The notes beneath the pieces were generated by a model that was not told where the DNA came from, searched no databases, and saw only the letters and a list, made by a program, of their open reading frames with translations. Below, piece after piece: positions 27,556 to 40,879 of a stretch of DNA of 64,000 nt. The position numbers and the translations under genes were made by a program. Source of the DNA: Mobula hypostoma. Its lineage: Eukaryota. Position 1 is the first letter of the stretch; every line of letters starts with the position of its first letter. The stretch is from the NCBI RefSeq assembly GCF_963921235.1, contig NC_086109.1:22136001-22200000 (forward strand). The letters are read 5' to 3'.

Positions 27556-28610
27556 TATTGTGTGCAATTCAAGACGGATTTGGATTTTGGTGAAGGTGCA
27601 GAAGAGCTTCATCAGGATGTTGCCTGGATTAAAGTTTATTAACTACGAGGAGAGTTTGGAAAAAAATTGGATTGTTTTCTTTAAAGTGTCAGAGGCTGAG
27701 GGCTGACTTGACTGAAATACATAAAGTTGAGAGGCATGGGATAGAATATTTTTCCACAGGATGGCAATGCCAAGTACAAGTGGATGTTGCAAATGGCTCA
27801 TTCACTGACTCTTTATGGGAAGAACTCAAAAATAAGAAGGGTGCAATCGTTTGCAGCAGTGTTAAATTGGAGCAGGGCAAATTATGTGAGTATTAGGCAA
27901 GAACTAGGGAGAGTTAATTGAGAAGAGCTGTTTAGGGCAAGTCCACATCTGACATGTGGTGGGTGTGTAAGAGAATCGTGGATGTCAAGAAGGAAAGAAA
28001 CACATTAGGGTCTTGAAAACGGTTTAGGAAGTTAGTATCAGCTGGAGTCCTTGAGGATTATAAGCAAGTCAGAAAAGGACTTGAGGGAATTAGAAGTTCA
28101 GGAGAGACCATGAAAAGTCCTTGGCAGGATTATGAGATGCATGGATAGAATAGAGTGTAGTACCTTGTACCTATGGTTGTAATGTCTAATACCAGATACC
28201 ATATTGAGTGGGGATAAGTTTGAAGGATATGTGCAGAGCAAATTTATTTTACAGCAAGGGTCCCTAACCATTTTTATACCATGGATTCCTACCATTAACC
28301 AGGAGTCTATAGACCCCAGGTTGGGAACCCCTGTTTTAAAGTAATGGCTGCCTGGAATGTGCTGTCTGGTGTAGTGGTGGAGGCAGACTCAATAAAGGCA
28401 TTCAAGAGGCTCTTAAGTAGGCATATAAATGTGCAAGAAATAGAAGTGTGGATATCGTTGGGCATTTCATTACTAGTTTAATTAGTTTGGCAAAACATTA
28501 GAGGCTGAAGGGTGTGTTGCTGTGCTATACTGTTGTGGATGTCCTACGGGATTTAAATTGGCATCATGGTTATGGACTGTAGGGCCTATTCCTGTGCTGT
28601 ACTGTTCTGT
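27556..28610 (+). mobile_element. Mosaic of old CR1 fragments
   Basis: VQKSFIRMLPGL, ccatgaaaagtccttggcagg and 3' UTR ggctgaagggtgtgttgctgtgctatactg. Confidence 0.7.
28255..28333. mobile_element. 79-bp hAT MITE nested in CR1
   Basis: TIRs CAAGGGTCCCTAACC / GGTTGGGAACCCCTG; 8-bp TSD TTTTACAG / TTTTAAAG. Confidence 0.85.
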
Positions 28611-29309
28611 TTTGTAGAAATTGTAGAGCAACTATGTTTGTACATTTCAAGTAACAAAAAAGAGATAGATGTTCCCATTTTGCAGGGTCTCTCACGATTA
28701 GGGCCTTTAAGATAAATCTGTAAAGAGTTGAAGAATCCAGGGAGTTTTTGAATGTGGGCATGCAAATACAAAGAATATTTGAGGTAATTACTTTTATGGG
28801 AAAATTAGCCAAGTACGTAAGGGAGAAAGAAAAATAGGACAGAATGTGATTAAGGGTATGAAATTGCTTATATTATGTTGTATACTGATGTACAGGTGGC
28901 TTTTTGTGCTGTGTTCAATCCTTTCGTAATTGTTTTTCCTCTCTGAAATTGTGTATGCATAACATTAAAAAAAACTTGTTCGCTCTCTCCTACCCTGTTC
29001 CAGCATGTATGGCATCCCATATGTAGCTCCCAGCTGCTGTAAACAGTTACATTGGCCAGCTTTGTATCTGTGAAATGTTTTTTTTGGATGGCTGACTGGC
29101 CCATGGGAAGGTGGAGCTGGATTCCTCACCCTTGTGAATGAGGAAGTTTTACTCAAGGTAAAATGTAGCATGTTCTTCAGCTTTAGAAAGGGCAGGTGCT
29201 ATTACAGTTGACTTGACCGTGTTCTACAACTAGGCTTTTGTGTCAAATATGGGGTGAGAGTTCCATGATCATTGCAATGGACAGCTAGCTTCAGATATTG
29301 TAGCAGTAT

Positions 29310-29650
29310 AAACACATTCTGCTACTGCTGGAATTCCGGAGTAATGCATACAAAATACTGGAGCAACTCGGCAGGTTAGGCAGCATTATGAAAAGAAATA
29401 AACGGTTGACATTTCAATCCAAAATCCTTCATCAGTACCGGAAAAAGAGCAGAGAATAATATGGTGTGGGGGGGGTGGGGGAAGGAGTACAAGAACGTTT
29501 ATAAGGGAAATCCAGGTGCAGGGGAAGGTTAGTAGTGGAGGAGGGGGAATGAAGTGAGAAACTGTGAGATGATAAGTGGAGGGCTGAAGAAGGATCTTAA
29601 AGAAGAGTGGACCATGGGGAAAAAGTGTAGGGGAAGGGACACCAGGGAAT
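29310..29650 (-). mobile_element. Penelope-like 3' end (family 1) with hammerhead motif at 29403-29440
   Basis: Reverse complement reads cggta-CTGATGA-aggattttggatt-GAAA-TG-TC-aaccg; purine-rich UTR similar to 18100-18340. Confidence 0.7.
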
Positions 29651-30090
29651 TTCAAAGTTCAAAGTAATTTTTTATTATCAAAGTTCATATGTCACTAAAT
29701 AAAACTGTGATTCATTTTCTTGTGGGCATACTTAGCAAATCTGTAGAATAGTATTTATAACAGGATCAGTGAAAGATCAACTAGAGTGTAGAAAACAACA
29801 AACTATGCAAATATAAATAAATAGCAATAAATAACAAGAACGTGAGATAGTCCTTGAAAGTGAGATTATTGGTTGTGGGACCATTTCAGTGAAGGGGCTT
29901 GTGAAGTTGAGACTAGTTATTCCCTTAATTCAAGAGCAAATGGTAAACGGGTAGTGTTTGTTCTTGAACCTGGTGATGTGAGTCCTGAAGCTCTCATCTT
30001 TGATGGCAGCAGCGAAAAGAGAGGATGGCCTGGGTGGTGGGGATCTCCTACTAATGGCAGCACTTAGATGTGCTCAGTGGTTGGGAGGGG
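29650..30090 (-). mobile_element. Rex/Babar-like LINE 3' fragment
   Basis: ttcaaagttcaaagtaa...ttattatcaaag tail and ttcttgaacctggtg...ggatggcctgggtggtggggatc. Confidence 0.55.
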
Positions 30091-31139
30091 ATTTCTGTGG
30101 AAAGGAATAACTCTTTGGTGAGTAGTCATTTTGTATCTAATTCTGGTGTGCCTCCATCTGGTGATCCTATAATCTTCATGTAATATCAGTGCTAAGAGGT
30201 AGTGACTATAGATACAACTTCAACCTGAGGTCCTCTTTGACTACAAAAGATCCTACTTTTTAAAAAAAAATGGGGTTTACATTTGTGACCTGGCCAAATT
30301 TTAACACATATGGTCAAATCACATCAGTGCATTGTTGTTTGTGAGAGTCTGTACAATTTGGCTGTTGAACCACAATTGCATTTTTTAAAATAAAATTTTC
30401 AGGATTTTCTGTTTGTCTTGAAAGCTGCCCTTGTATTTGATTGGGAAAGATTCTTATTTACTGACTGCTAAAGCTTCTTGTTTCCTGACCTGTGCTTCTC
30501 TGACCAGCTTTGGGGTTTAGTTGGATTTGAAGATTGGCAGATGGTTACTGCAGCTGTTAATTTTAAACACCACCATTACCATGGCAACAAGAGTGTTGCA
30601 CATTTGAGGTCCCAAGTCATTTGGCTGGCTTCAGGGTTCCCTGGGTAATGGTGCATCAAACCTGTACATCTCTTAATGTGAGTGCACAGTACAGAATATT
30701 GCCAATACTATAAAGATTCCTGTAGCGTACCTTTTCCGGATGAGAGATGTCCAAGGAGATTTTTGACTGTTGAAAATAGAGGGTAAACTGTGTTCATACA
30801 AAAACATTTGAAGTTAGAAATGAAAAGTCTTTTAGGACTGTTACTTCCTAATGTCATTAGTGGTGTTTAGGACCAGTTTTACCAAGCAGTGAATATAGTT
30901 GGTCTCTTTGCAACATCCAGTCCATCACTATATCTGGTTTGCACAATAAGAAGGTAGTGTAACACAAGAAGATAATGCTTCAAAAAGGTTGGGTACATGT
31001 GATGCAGTTTCCAAAAGTAAGTCTCAGATTTTTCTGGAAGTGTTTGAATCCATGGCCAACCAAACAGAGGTTGGGTGCAAGGGATCATCTCTGCCTGGTT
31101 TCAATACATCTATAAAATTCCTTTCAGCACAAAAAGAGG

Positions 31140-31447
31140 AGATTAATGTTATTTTTCACGTGTACTTCGGCACTTACAGTGAAATGTGTCATTTGCATTA
31201 AATCAGCGAGCGTTGTGCTGGAGATAGCTTGCATGTATCGCCATGCTTCTGGTGCCAACGTAGCATGCCCGCAACTTGCTAACCAGTGCATCTTTGGAAT
31301 GAGGGAGGAAACCGCAGCAATCAGAAGAAATCCATGAGGCCACAGGGAGAACGTGCAAACTCATTACAGACAGCAGCAGGAATCAAACGCTGCTCGGTGA
31401 TTGCAGGCGCTGTAAATCTGTTGCGCTTTCAGAGCTACTCTGCCACC
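31140..31447 (-). mobile_element. V-SINE-like SINE
   Basis: cacagggagaacgtgcaaactc (reverse V domain); same subfamily as 33530-33826 and 50930-51220. Confidence 0.7.
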
Positions 31448-32147
31448 CCACGAGTCTGCTGATGCTGCACTGGGGCCAGCAAGCTTGCTCTTCATTTCTG
31501 GACTGAAATGTGTGAGCCATTTGGAGATTGGCAGATTAACCAATGCCTTTTGCAGTCTGCCTCAGGTGGTGATAATGCATTTTAGGACATTTAATTTTAC
31601 AACCATGAAGGTTTTTGAGGTATAATCAAAGGAAATGCTGCAATTAGTTTGAATATGAAGGTAGGAGTTCAGAACAGGAACATGCCACTCGGTGTATCAA
31701 ACCATTTTCACCATCCAATAATGATGAGGGCTGATCTGACTGTAACCTCAACTCTGCATTCCTGCCCATCCCTAGTAATCTTACAACCCAGTGTTTATCA
31801 AAGATCTAACCAATTCTCCCTTCAAGAATATTCCAACTGCTCCCTGAAGAGTTCCCAAGACAGGCATAGTTAAATCTATCTTGTCAACCTTAAATGGACA
31901 CCTACTTTTAAAAATGTAACCCCTGGTTTCAGATTTTCCCAAAGAGGAAACATCCTCAGCGCCTTCTCTTTCAAAGCTCCTCGGTGTTCCGTGTTTCAAT
32001 CAAGTCACCTCCCACTGATCTTCAGCATATGTATAGATATTCTACCTACACTTTAATTCAGCCTGACCTTTCTAGATACAGTAAAATCTGGCATACATGT
32101 GACTTTGGTGTCAGGCTGGCAGATTTTTCAGAACATTGTCATTTTTA

Positions 32148-32820
32148 AAGTTGCACTTCACCTAAACGCTAAAAAGACAGAGTACATGGCGTTTAACTGT
32201 GACGAAGGTACTCTCAAGACCGTTGAGAATGATACCATTAAGAAAGCCTTTGACTACAAGTACCTCGGGTCAAGAATGATAAGTTTGGAGAAGGACATAA
32301 AGATACGGAAGGCGCTGGCGTGGAGGGCTAGGAACGACATGAAGGAAATCTGGAAGTCAAACCTGACCAGAGGGCTTAAAAAGAGGATTTTCATAGCAGT
32401 CATTGAGTCCATTCTCACGTATGGATGCGAGACGTAGACACTCACCTAGTCTCTAGATGGTTGCTATACACGAATGCTCCGGATGGTTCTTGACGTGAGT
32501 TGGCAACAGCACACGACGAACGTCGAGCTTTATAATAGCCTACTGATGCTCACCACTAAAATCGAGGCGAGAAGACTGCAACTAGTGGGGCACTGTCTAC
32601 GTCACCCCAAGCAACCTGCCAGCCTAGTCATCATATGGGAGCCCAAGCACGGGAGGATGAACTCTGGGCGCCCTCCCAAGACTATGGTCAACACGCTCCT
32701 AGAAGACAGTGGTGCAGCTAATGTAGATGAACTGAACACACTGAGGGAGAGGGAGAAGTGGAGAGTCAGTCACTGTGCCCGACGCCGGCCCCCTAGGCCT
32801 GAGTCGACGTAGTAGTAGTA
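32148..32820 (+). mobile_element. RTE-clade (RTE-X-like) LINE, 5'-truncated
   Basis: ORFs 32099-32437 and 32474-32812 read LHLNAKKTEYM...YKYLGS...ESILTYGCET...LDGCYTRMLRM...RRLQLVGHCLRH...WEPKHG...GRP. Ends in (TAG)n. 10-bp TSD GTCATTTTTA (32138-47) / GTCACTTTTA (32821-30). Confidence 0.88.
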
Positions 32821-33529
32821 GTCACTTTTATTAATGAGCACCTTTAATTTCAGTTTTATTTAAATCTTACAGTATTAATTTCTAGTCATGGGAAGCAGGG
32901 TGAGTGGAAAACGAAGGCATCAAACGTGGTAAGGCAAGTGCTGAAGCAGAAAGGTTTCTAAATAGTCAGATAGTGAATTACATTTATTTTATCAATCCAG
33001 CAAAGCTTTTCTGAACTGGTTCCAGTACATTACATAATAAAATAAATACTGTTCATATTACACCAGATTTGGGCTGGACAGTATAACCACTGTATATTTT
33101 GATTACACTCACATTATGCAATACTAAAAATACACAAAAATCCTACTACTACTGGAATCTGAAATGGAAATGTTGCTGGAAATGGCTGGTCAGGCAGGAT
33201 CTGTGGAGGGGAAAAAAATAATTGACATTTCAAATGACCCTGCAGCAGAACTGGAAAAGTGGGTTAACAAGTGTGTTTTAAATTGGGAAAAGGGACTCCA
33301 TTTGTCCAAGTGACTTTGATGCTTTTATTGATGTCCTGATGCACGTTTTCAATCCAAAACGTCATAATTCCTCCGGCCCCCCTTCCCCCAACTGTAGTTG
33401 TACCTTTGGCCCACCACATCAATGTGGCCCATCCATTCCCAATTGCCTGCATTTATTCCATATGCCATTATGCTCTGGTCATTCAAGTACAGTACTTATC
33501 AAACTGCCTTTGCAGGTTTGCTATTAAAA

Positions 33530-33826
33530 TAAGATTAAACTTTATTTGTCATGTGTACATCGAACCAGGTTTGTGTCAACGGCCAACTTAGTCTGAGGAT
33601 GTGCAGGGGGCAGCCCACGAACATTGCCGTGCTTTCAGTGCCAATGTGGCATGTCCACAACTTACTAACCTATACTTTGGAATGTGGGAAGAAACTGGAG
33701 GACCTAGAGGAAACCCACACAGTCATAGGGAGAACATGCAAACTTCTTGCAGAGGGCCGCAGAAATTGAACCTTGATGAGCGCCAGCAAAAAGCTTTACC
33801 CTAGCTATTACACAACTATGCTGCCC
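33530..33826 (-). mobile_element. V-SINE-like SINE
   Basis: ttggaatgtgggaagaaactggaggacctagaggaaacccacacagtcatagggagaacatgcaaact. Confidence 0.7.
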
Positions 33827-33849
33827 CTCCTTCTTTGGAAAGATCTATC

Positions 33850-34358
33850 TTTTGATCCCCTTTGTATCTCAAACTTTACCCTCAACTTTAGACAGGTCTA
33901 CTGTAGGAAACGCATTGCTATCTACCCCATCTATGCGTCTAATAATTTTACATATATCTTTCCTGTGACCTCATGCCCTCCTTCAGCAAAAACAGAACTG
34001 ATTTATCCAATCTCTCTGAAAACTCAAGAGCTCCAATCCAAGTAACATTCTTGTGAATCTTTTCTGCACCCTCTCTAGCTTAATATGTCCTTCCTGTAAT
34101 CTGCTGACCAGAATTGCATACAATACTCCAACTGTGGCCTAACGAATGTTTTGTGAAATGGTCGTATGACTTCTCAACTCTTGTGTTCAGTGCCTCGGCC
34201 AATAAAGCAAACTTGTCATACGCCACCTTTACCACCCTGTCTGTGTTTCAGGGAAGTATGTACTTGTACCCCAGCAGTACTGCCTATTCACAATACTCCC
34301 TAGAGAATTTTCATTTACTGACCTTCCCTGGTTTAACTTTCCAAAATGTATCACTTTG
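33850..34358 (-). mobile_element. Old CR1 3' fragment (resumes at about 35000)
   Basis: gaatcttttctgcaccctctc...gaccagaattgcatacaatactccaactgtggcctaac, the reverse of VRPQLEYCMQFW. Confidence 0.75.
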
Positions 34359-34359
34359 A

Positions 34360-34995
34360 ACTTCCGCCATATAATTGCCATCACAAAGAAGGCATCACCT
34401 CTACTTACAAGTTTTCATAGCTTTGGCATGTCACCAGATTCTTCAACAGACTTCTATAGGTGCACAGCAGAGAGTATCCTAACTGGTTACTTCATAGCCT
34501 GCTATGGAAACTCCAGTGCCTGGGAACAGAAGACTTTATGGAAAGTGAATACAGCGAAGCCCTCCCCACCACCATTGAGCGTGTTTACATAGAGCGCTGC
34601 CACAAGAAAGCAGCATCCATCATCAAAAGCCCCCTCCATCCAGGCCATGCTCTCCTCTCATTACTACTATTGGGCAAGAGGAACAGAAGCTTTAGGTCCA
34701 AAATCACTAGGTTCAGGAACATCTACTATCCTGCAGCCTTCAGGCTCCTGAACTGACATGGATAACTTCACTCACCACAACTCTGAACTGATTCTTCAAC
34801 CTAGACTCACTTTCAAAGACCTCACAATTTATATTCCCAGTATTATATATATACACACACAATTTGCCTATTGCATATTGGTTGACTATTTGTTCATGTA
34901 GAGTAAATTCTGTTGTATTCCTTTATTTTCCTGTAAATGCCTGCAAGAAAATGAATCTCAAGGTATACATTTATAATAAATATGACTTTGACTTT
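34360..34995 (+). mobile_element. Rex/Babar-like LINE 3' portion nested in CR1
   Basis: ORFs 34356-34592 and 34460-34756 read FYRCTAESILTGYFIACYGN and RCHKKAASIIKSPLHPGHALLSLL...RFRNIYYPAAFRLLN. Ends aataaatatgactttgacttt. Confidence 0.8.
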
Positions 34996-36009
34996 AAGTT
35001 AAATTTATTTCTACCATTCTCTTGCCCACTTTCCCATTTCATCTATATTATCTTGTAACCTTCACTATGGTTCAAAAGTTCTGTTCACTGGTCAATTAAA
35101 TTGTCATTTCTACTTGTATAGATGGATCTTGTGCTGTTCATTAGCATGTGGCATCCACTAATTTGCAGCATCTTGTTCAGCGTGGCCCATCGGGCTGAAG
35201 GGTCTGTTTGTTTTGTGCTGTATGACTGTCTTTACATGTCATGTTCTTGGAATCGGTAACTGTTTAAAATCCAAAAGGTAAACATTTTTAGTCCTTAAAA
35301 GGAACAAATTCTGGTTTGTAAACAGCTGCATGAGTGATGCATGGAAATGAAAGGTTTGCAGTGGTGAATGCAGAAACCTATAATTTTATGTATTTTTAAT
35401 TCTGTTACCAAGTGTTTCTGAAGACTAAGCTGTATTGTTCTTGAACTTTACGCATGAATCAGTTCTTCTGGCATGGCTCCAGTTCTTTGTGAAACCCACC
35501 CCTGCTTTATTAAACCCTATGGTATTGCCAAACATGCAAGGGTGGATTTGATCTTTGCCCATCATATTAACTCTTAAATGGATATATATTCTCGTTTTCT
35601 CCGCCTGCTGTCATCTACATTTTTTGACATTTAAATACTTTTCCCTCAACTAATATCACAGCTGGATGTGCAGCCCTATTGGCTCTGCCTTGCACCATTC
35701 TCTCTACTTGGAATCATGCCCATTGCAAAGGCAGCTGATCTTTCGCTCAGCAGTAATTCTGAGTCAGAAGGTAATGGATTTGTTCTTCATTGCAGATATC
35801 CCTGGCAAGTGGTGATTAGTTTCAGACTGTGAATATTGGGTTAACTCGAGCCTGAATTGATGGGAGCGCACTGACTCCCCTCCCATTTAAACCTGATACC
35901 TACTTTCGACTGCTTATAGCTATTGAAAGGATGGAGTTGAGCCAACGGATTGTCTCTTACTTTTTTTTTAAAGTTACCAACCATCTCTTATTGATGGAAT
36001 TAAGTAACT

Positions 36010-36396
36010 TAGGAGATTCATGTTATTTGGGACACATTGGGGTCAGGATATTTTGACCCAATTAAGCGGCTGCTCATATTAGGCACAGTTTCATGGGAGT
36101 AGTTTTAAAAAAGTGCATTTTAAAGAAGATAGTACTGTTTAACAGAGGAACAAATTATTTAAATGAAAACAGAACAATTTAGATACCTAATACTACTACA
36201 GTACTGTAAAACTATTAGCTCCTAATACTTGTGGATAAATTCATCCGTGCTATGTTCTTTTAACTGTAAATGAGCAAAATCAGTGCAGACACCTACCTAG
36301 TGCAGGTAATTGATTGCCTTCATATGATGCTTTTGACGATTGGATCCTCCAAATTCATTTTCACTCCGTCATTTCTGGCATCTCTAAGCCCGAATG
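36010..36396 (-). mobile_element. Tigger-like transposon fragment, inverted relative to the copy at 36952-43733
   Basis: 36030-36085 is the reverse complement of 43645-43690, and 36280-36390 is the reverse complement of 37265-37440. Confidence 0.65.
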
Positions 36397-36397
36397 A

Positions 36398-36925
36398 CCA
36401 TAAGGCATAGGAGCAGAACGAGGCCATTTGGCCCTTCGAGTCTGCTCCACCATTTCATCATAGCTGATTCATTTCCCTCTCACCCCAATTCTTCTACCTT
36501 CTCCCCATAACGTTTCAATTCCCAATAACCAAGAACCTTTCAACCTCTGCCTTAAATGCACCCAGTGACCTGGCCTCCATAGCTGCCTGTGGCAATGAGT
36601 TCATCAGATTCACCACACTATGGCTAAAGAAATTCCTCCTCATCCCTTCTACATGGATGTCCCTCTATTTTGAGACTGTGCCTTCTGGTCATAGACTTCC
36701 CCGCCAAAGGAAACAGTCCTCTTCACATCCACTTAATCTAGGTCGTCCAATATTCAAAAGGTTTCAGTGAGATCTCCCCTGCATTCTTCTGAATTCCAGC
36801 AAGTACAGGCCCAGAGCCTTCGATCACTGCTCATATGATAACTCTTTCATTTCTGGAATCATTCTCATGAATCTCCTCTGAACCCTCTCTAATGTCAGCA
36901 CATTCTTTCTTAGTTAAGAGACCCA
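36398..36925 (-). mobile_element. CR1 3' fragment
   Basis: ccataaggcataggagcagaacgaggccatttggccc tail, then reverse-strand RVQRRFMRMIP. Confidence 0.85.
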
Positions 36926-37582
36926 AAACACATACATATACACACGCACACACTGGATTTTGGTTAATTGGTTCATTGGCGTTGCTACTTATTGGGGACA
37001 ATTCTTAAAGAACAAAAACTATTCAAGAAAGTAGCTGAGATTTCCTATGCCACATAATTGGGACAGGTTCCGGCCAGTTTTTAACTAGAGGCAGTCTTGA
37101 GCTTGTGTAGCCATTTAAACACTACACTGCTAAAAGTGAACAGTTTTTAAATAGCAGCCTTTGTATGTATTTCTGTTCAAAAAGCTCTGATTTTGTCACT
37201 GATAGTTGGCAAGAAATAAGCAGTAATATAATTCAAAACTGTTTTGGTCTCTGTGCTTTCAACCATCCATGCTTGGAGATGCTGGTAGTGGCTGTGAGTA
37301 AAAATGAAACTATTTCACTAATTCAAGTTGGGAGGTATGCAATCTTGAATGTTACAATGAAAATGAAGATTTTGAGTTGTTGAGAACATTGTATGAAGGC
37401 AGTCCATTATCTGCACTTGATGTCTGCGCTGATTTTGTTCCTTTTTGTTTATTGCTAGTTACTCTGGCAATTAGGGCAGCAATGAAGGTCCTCCATCATT
37501 ATGCTATTAGCTTCCTTTTGGTTTCCACTACTGTCAGGCATGCGAGTCCTGGGTAGACTCAAGAATATCATCACACTCAGAT

Positions 37583-40500
37583 AGAACATAGAATAATACA
37601 GCACAGTACAGGCCCTTCAGCCCACAATGTTGTGCCAACCCTTAAACCCTGCCTCCCATATAACCCCCACCTTAAATTCCTCCATATACCTGTCTAGTAG
37701 TCTCTTATATTTCACTAGTGCATCTGCCTCCACCACTGACTCAGGCAGTGCATTCCACACACCAACCACTCTCTGAGTAAAAAACCTTCCTCTAATATCC
37801 CCCTTGAACTTCTCACCCCTTGAACTTCTCACCCCTTACCTTAAAGCCATGTCCTCTTGTATTGAGCAGTGGTGCCCTGGGGAAGCGGCGCTGGCTATCA
37901 ACTCTATCTATTCCTCTTATTATCTTGTACACCTCTATCATGTCTCCTCTCATCCTTCTTCTCTCCAAAGAGTAAATCCCTAGCTCCCTTAATCTCTGAT
38001 CATAATGCATACTCTCTAAACCAGGCAGCATCCTGGTAAATGTCCTCTGCACCCTTTCCAATGCTTCCACATCCTTCCTATAGTGAGGTGACCAGAACTG
38101 GACACAGTACTCCAACTGTGGCCTAACCAAAGTTTTATAGAGCTGCACCATTACATCGTGACTCTTAAACTCTATCCCTCGACTTATGAAAGCTGACACC
38201 CCATAAGCTTTCTTAACTACCCTATCCACCTGTGAGGCAACTTTCAGGGATCTGTGGACAAGTACCTCCAGATCCCTCTGCTCCTCCACACTTCCAAGTA
38301 TCCTGCCATTTACTTTATACTCTGCCTTGGAGTTTGTCCTTCCAAAGTGTACCACCTCACACTTCTCCGGGTTGAACTCCATCTGCCGCTTCTCAGCCCA
38401 CTTCTGCATCCTATCAATGTCTCTGCAATCTTCGACAATCCTCCACACTATCCACAACAGCTTGTGTCGTCTGCAAACTTGCCAACCCACCCTTCTACCC
38501 CCACATCCAGGTCGTTAATAAAAATCATGAAAAGTAGAGGTCCCAGAACTGATTTTTGTGGGACACCACTAGTCACAACCCTCCAATCCGAATGTATTCT
38601 CTCCACCACGACCCTCTGCTTTCTGCAGGCAAGCCAATTCTGAATCCACCTGGCCAAACTTCCCTGGATCCCATGCCTTCTGACTTTCTGAATAAGCCCA
38701 CCATGTGGAACCTTGTCAAATGCCTTACTAAAATCCATGTAGATCACATGCACTGCACTACCCTCATCTATATGCCTGGTCACCTCCTCCAAGAACTCTA
38801 TCAGTCTTGTTAGACACGATCTGCCCTTCACAAAGCCATGCTAACTGTCCCTGATTAGACCATGATTCCTTAAATGCCCATAGATCCTATCTCTAAGAAT
38901 CTTTTCCAACAGCTTTCCCACCACAGACTTAAAGCTCACTGGTCTATAATTACTCGGACTATCCCTACTACCTTTTTTAAACAAGGGGACAACTTTCGCC
39001 TCCCTCCAATCCTCCAGTGCCATTCCCGTGGACAACGAGGACATAATGATCCTAGCCAGAGGTTCAGCAATCTCTTCCCTCGCCTCGTGGAGCAGCCTGG
39101 GGAATATTCCGTCAGGCCCCAGGGACTTATCCATCCTAATGTATTTTAACAACTCCAACACCACTTCTCCCTTAATACCAACATGCTCCAGAACATCAAC
39201 CTCACTCATATTGTCCTCACCATCATCAAGTTCCCTCTCATTGGGGAATACCGAAGAGAAGTATTCATTGAGGACCTCACTCACTTCCACGGCCTCCAGG
39301 CACATCTTCCCACCTTTATCTCTAATTGGTCCTACCTTCACTCCTGTCATCCTTTTGTTCTTCACATAATTGAGGAATGCCTTGGGGTTTTCCTTTACCC
39401 TACTCGCCAAGGCCTTCTCATGCCCCCTTCTTGCTCTCCTCAGCCCCTTCTTAAGCTACTTTCTTGCTACCCTATATTCCTCAATAGACCCATCTGATCT
39501 TTGCTTCCTAAACCTCATGTATGCTGCCACCTTCCACCTGACTAGATTTTCCACCTCACTTGTCACCCATGGTTCCTTCACCCTACCATTCTTTATCTTC
39601 CTCACCGGAACAAATTTATCCCTAACATCCTGCAAGAGATCCCTAAACATCGACCACATTTCCATAATACATTTCCCTGCAAAAGCATCATCCCAATTCG
39701 CACCCGCAAGTTCTAGCCTTATAGCCTCATAATTTGCCCTTCCCCAATTAAAAATTTTCCTGTCCTCTCTGATTCTGTCCTTTTGCATGATAATGCTAAG
39801 ACCAGGGAGTGGTGGTCACTGTCCCCCAGATGCTCACCCACTGAGAGATCTGTGACCTGACCCGGTTCATTACCTAATATTAGATCTAGTATGGCATTCC
39901 CCCTAGTCAGCCTGTCAACATACCATGACAGGAATCCGTCCTGGACACAATTAACAAACACTGTCCCATCTAAACCCTTGGAACTAATGAGGTGCTGATC
40001 AATATTAGGGAAGTTAGTCACCCATGATAACAACCCTGTTATTTTTGCACCTTTCCAAACTCTGCCTCCCAATCTGCTCCTCGGTATCTCTGCTGCTACC
40101 AGGGGGCCTATAGAATACTCCCAGTAGAGTAACTGCTCCCTTCCTGTTCCTGACTTCTACCCATGCTGACTCAAAAGAGGATCCTGCTACATTACCCACC
40201 CTTTCTGTAGCTGTAATAGTATCCCTGACCAGTAATGCCACCCCTCTTCCCCTTTTCCACCCTCTCTATCCCTTTTAAAGCACTGAATCCAGGAATATTG
40301 AGAATCCATTCCTGCCCTGGTGCCAGCCAAGTCTCTGTAATGGCCACTACATCATAATTCCATGTATGTATCCAAGCTCTCAGTTCATCACCTTTATTCC
40401 TGATGCTTCTTGCATTGAAGTACACACACTTTAGCCCTTCTACCTTACTACCTTTACACCCTGTATTCTGCTTCTCTGTCCTCAAAGCCTCTTTATATGT

Positions 40501-40708
40501 TAGATCTGGCTTTACTCCATGCACTTCTTCCACTGCTCTATCGCTCCGGGTCCCATCCCCCTTGCAAATTAGGTTAAACCCTCCTGAACCATGCTAGCAA
40601 ACCTACCTGCAAGGATATTGCTCCCCCTCGAGTTCAGGTACAACCCATCCAATCTGTACAGATCCCACCTTCCCCAGAAGAGATCCCAATGATCCAAAAA
40701 TCTAAAAA
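37583..40708 (-). mobile_element. CR1 LINE, end of ORF1 plus complete but frameshifted ORF2
   Basis: ORFs 40192-40533 (YFNARSIRNK, DVVAITETWL), 40014-40241, 39719-40072 (SDH), 38841-39410, 38448-38831 (KFADD) and 37813-38490. Tail (ttcta)n at 37582-37595. Confidence 0.96.
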
Positions 40709-40879
40709 GATGTAGAAGTATTCTTCATTGCTGTTTCCATAACAACAATTTGGTTTTTACCAGTCAAGGTAGATGGCCCTGAGCTGTCCCTACTACCTAC
40801 TCCTCCCCTCCCCCCACCAAACCCGTGGACCACTCTTAGTCTAGCCCTCTTGGAATTTGTTCATTTACAGTCGGCGTGT

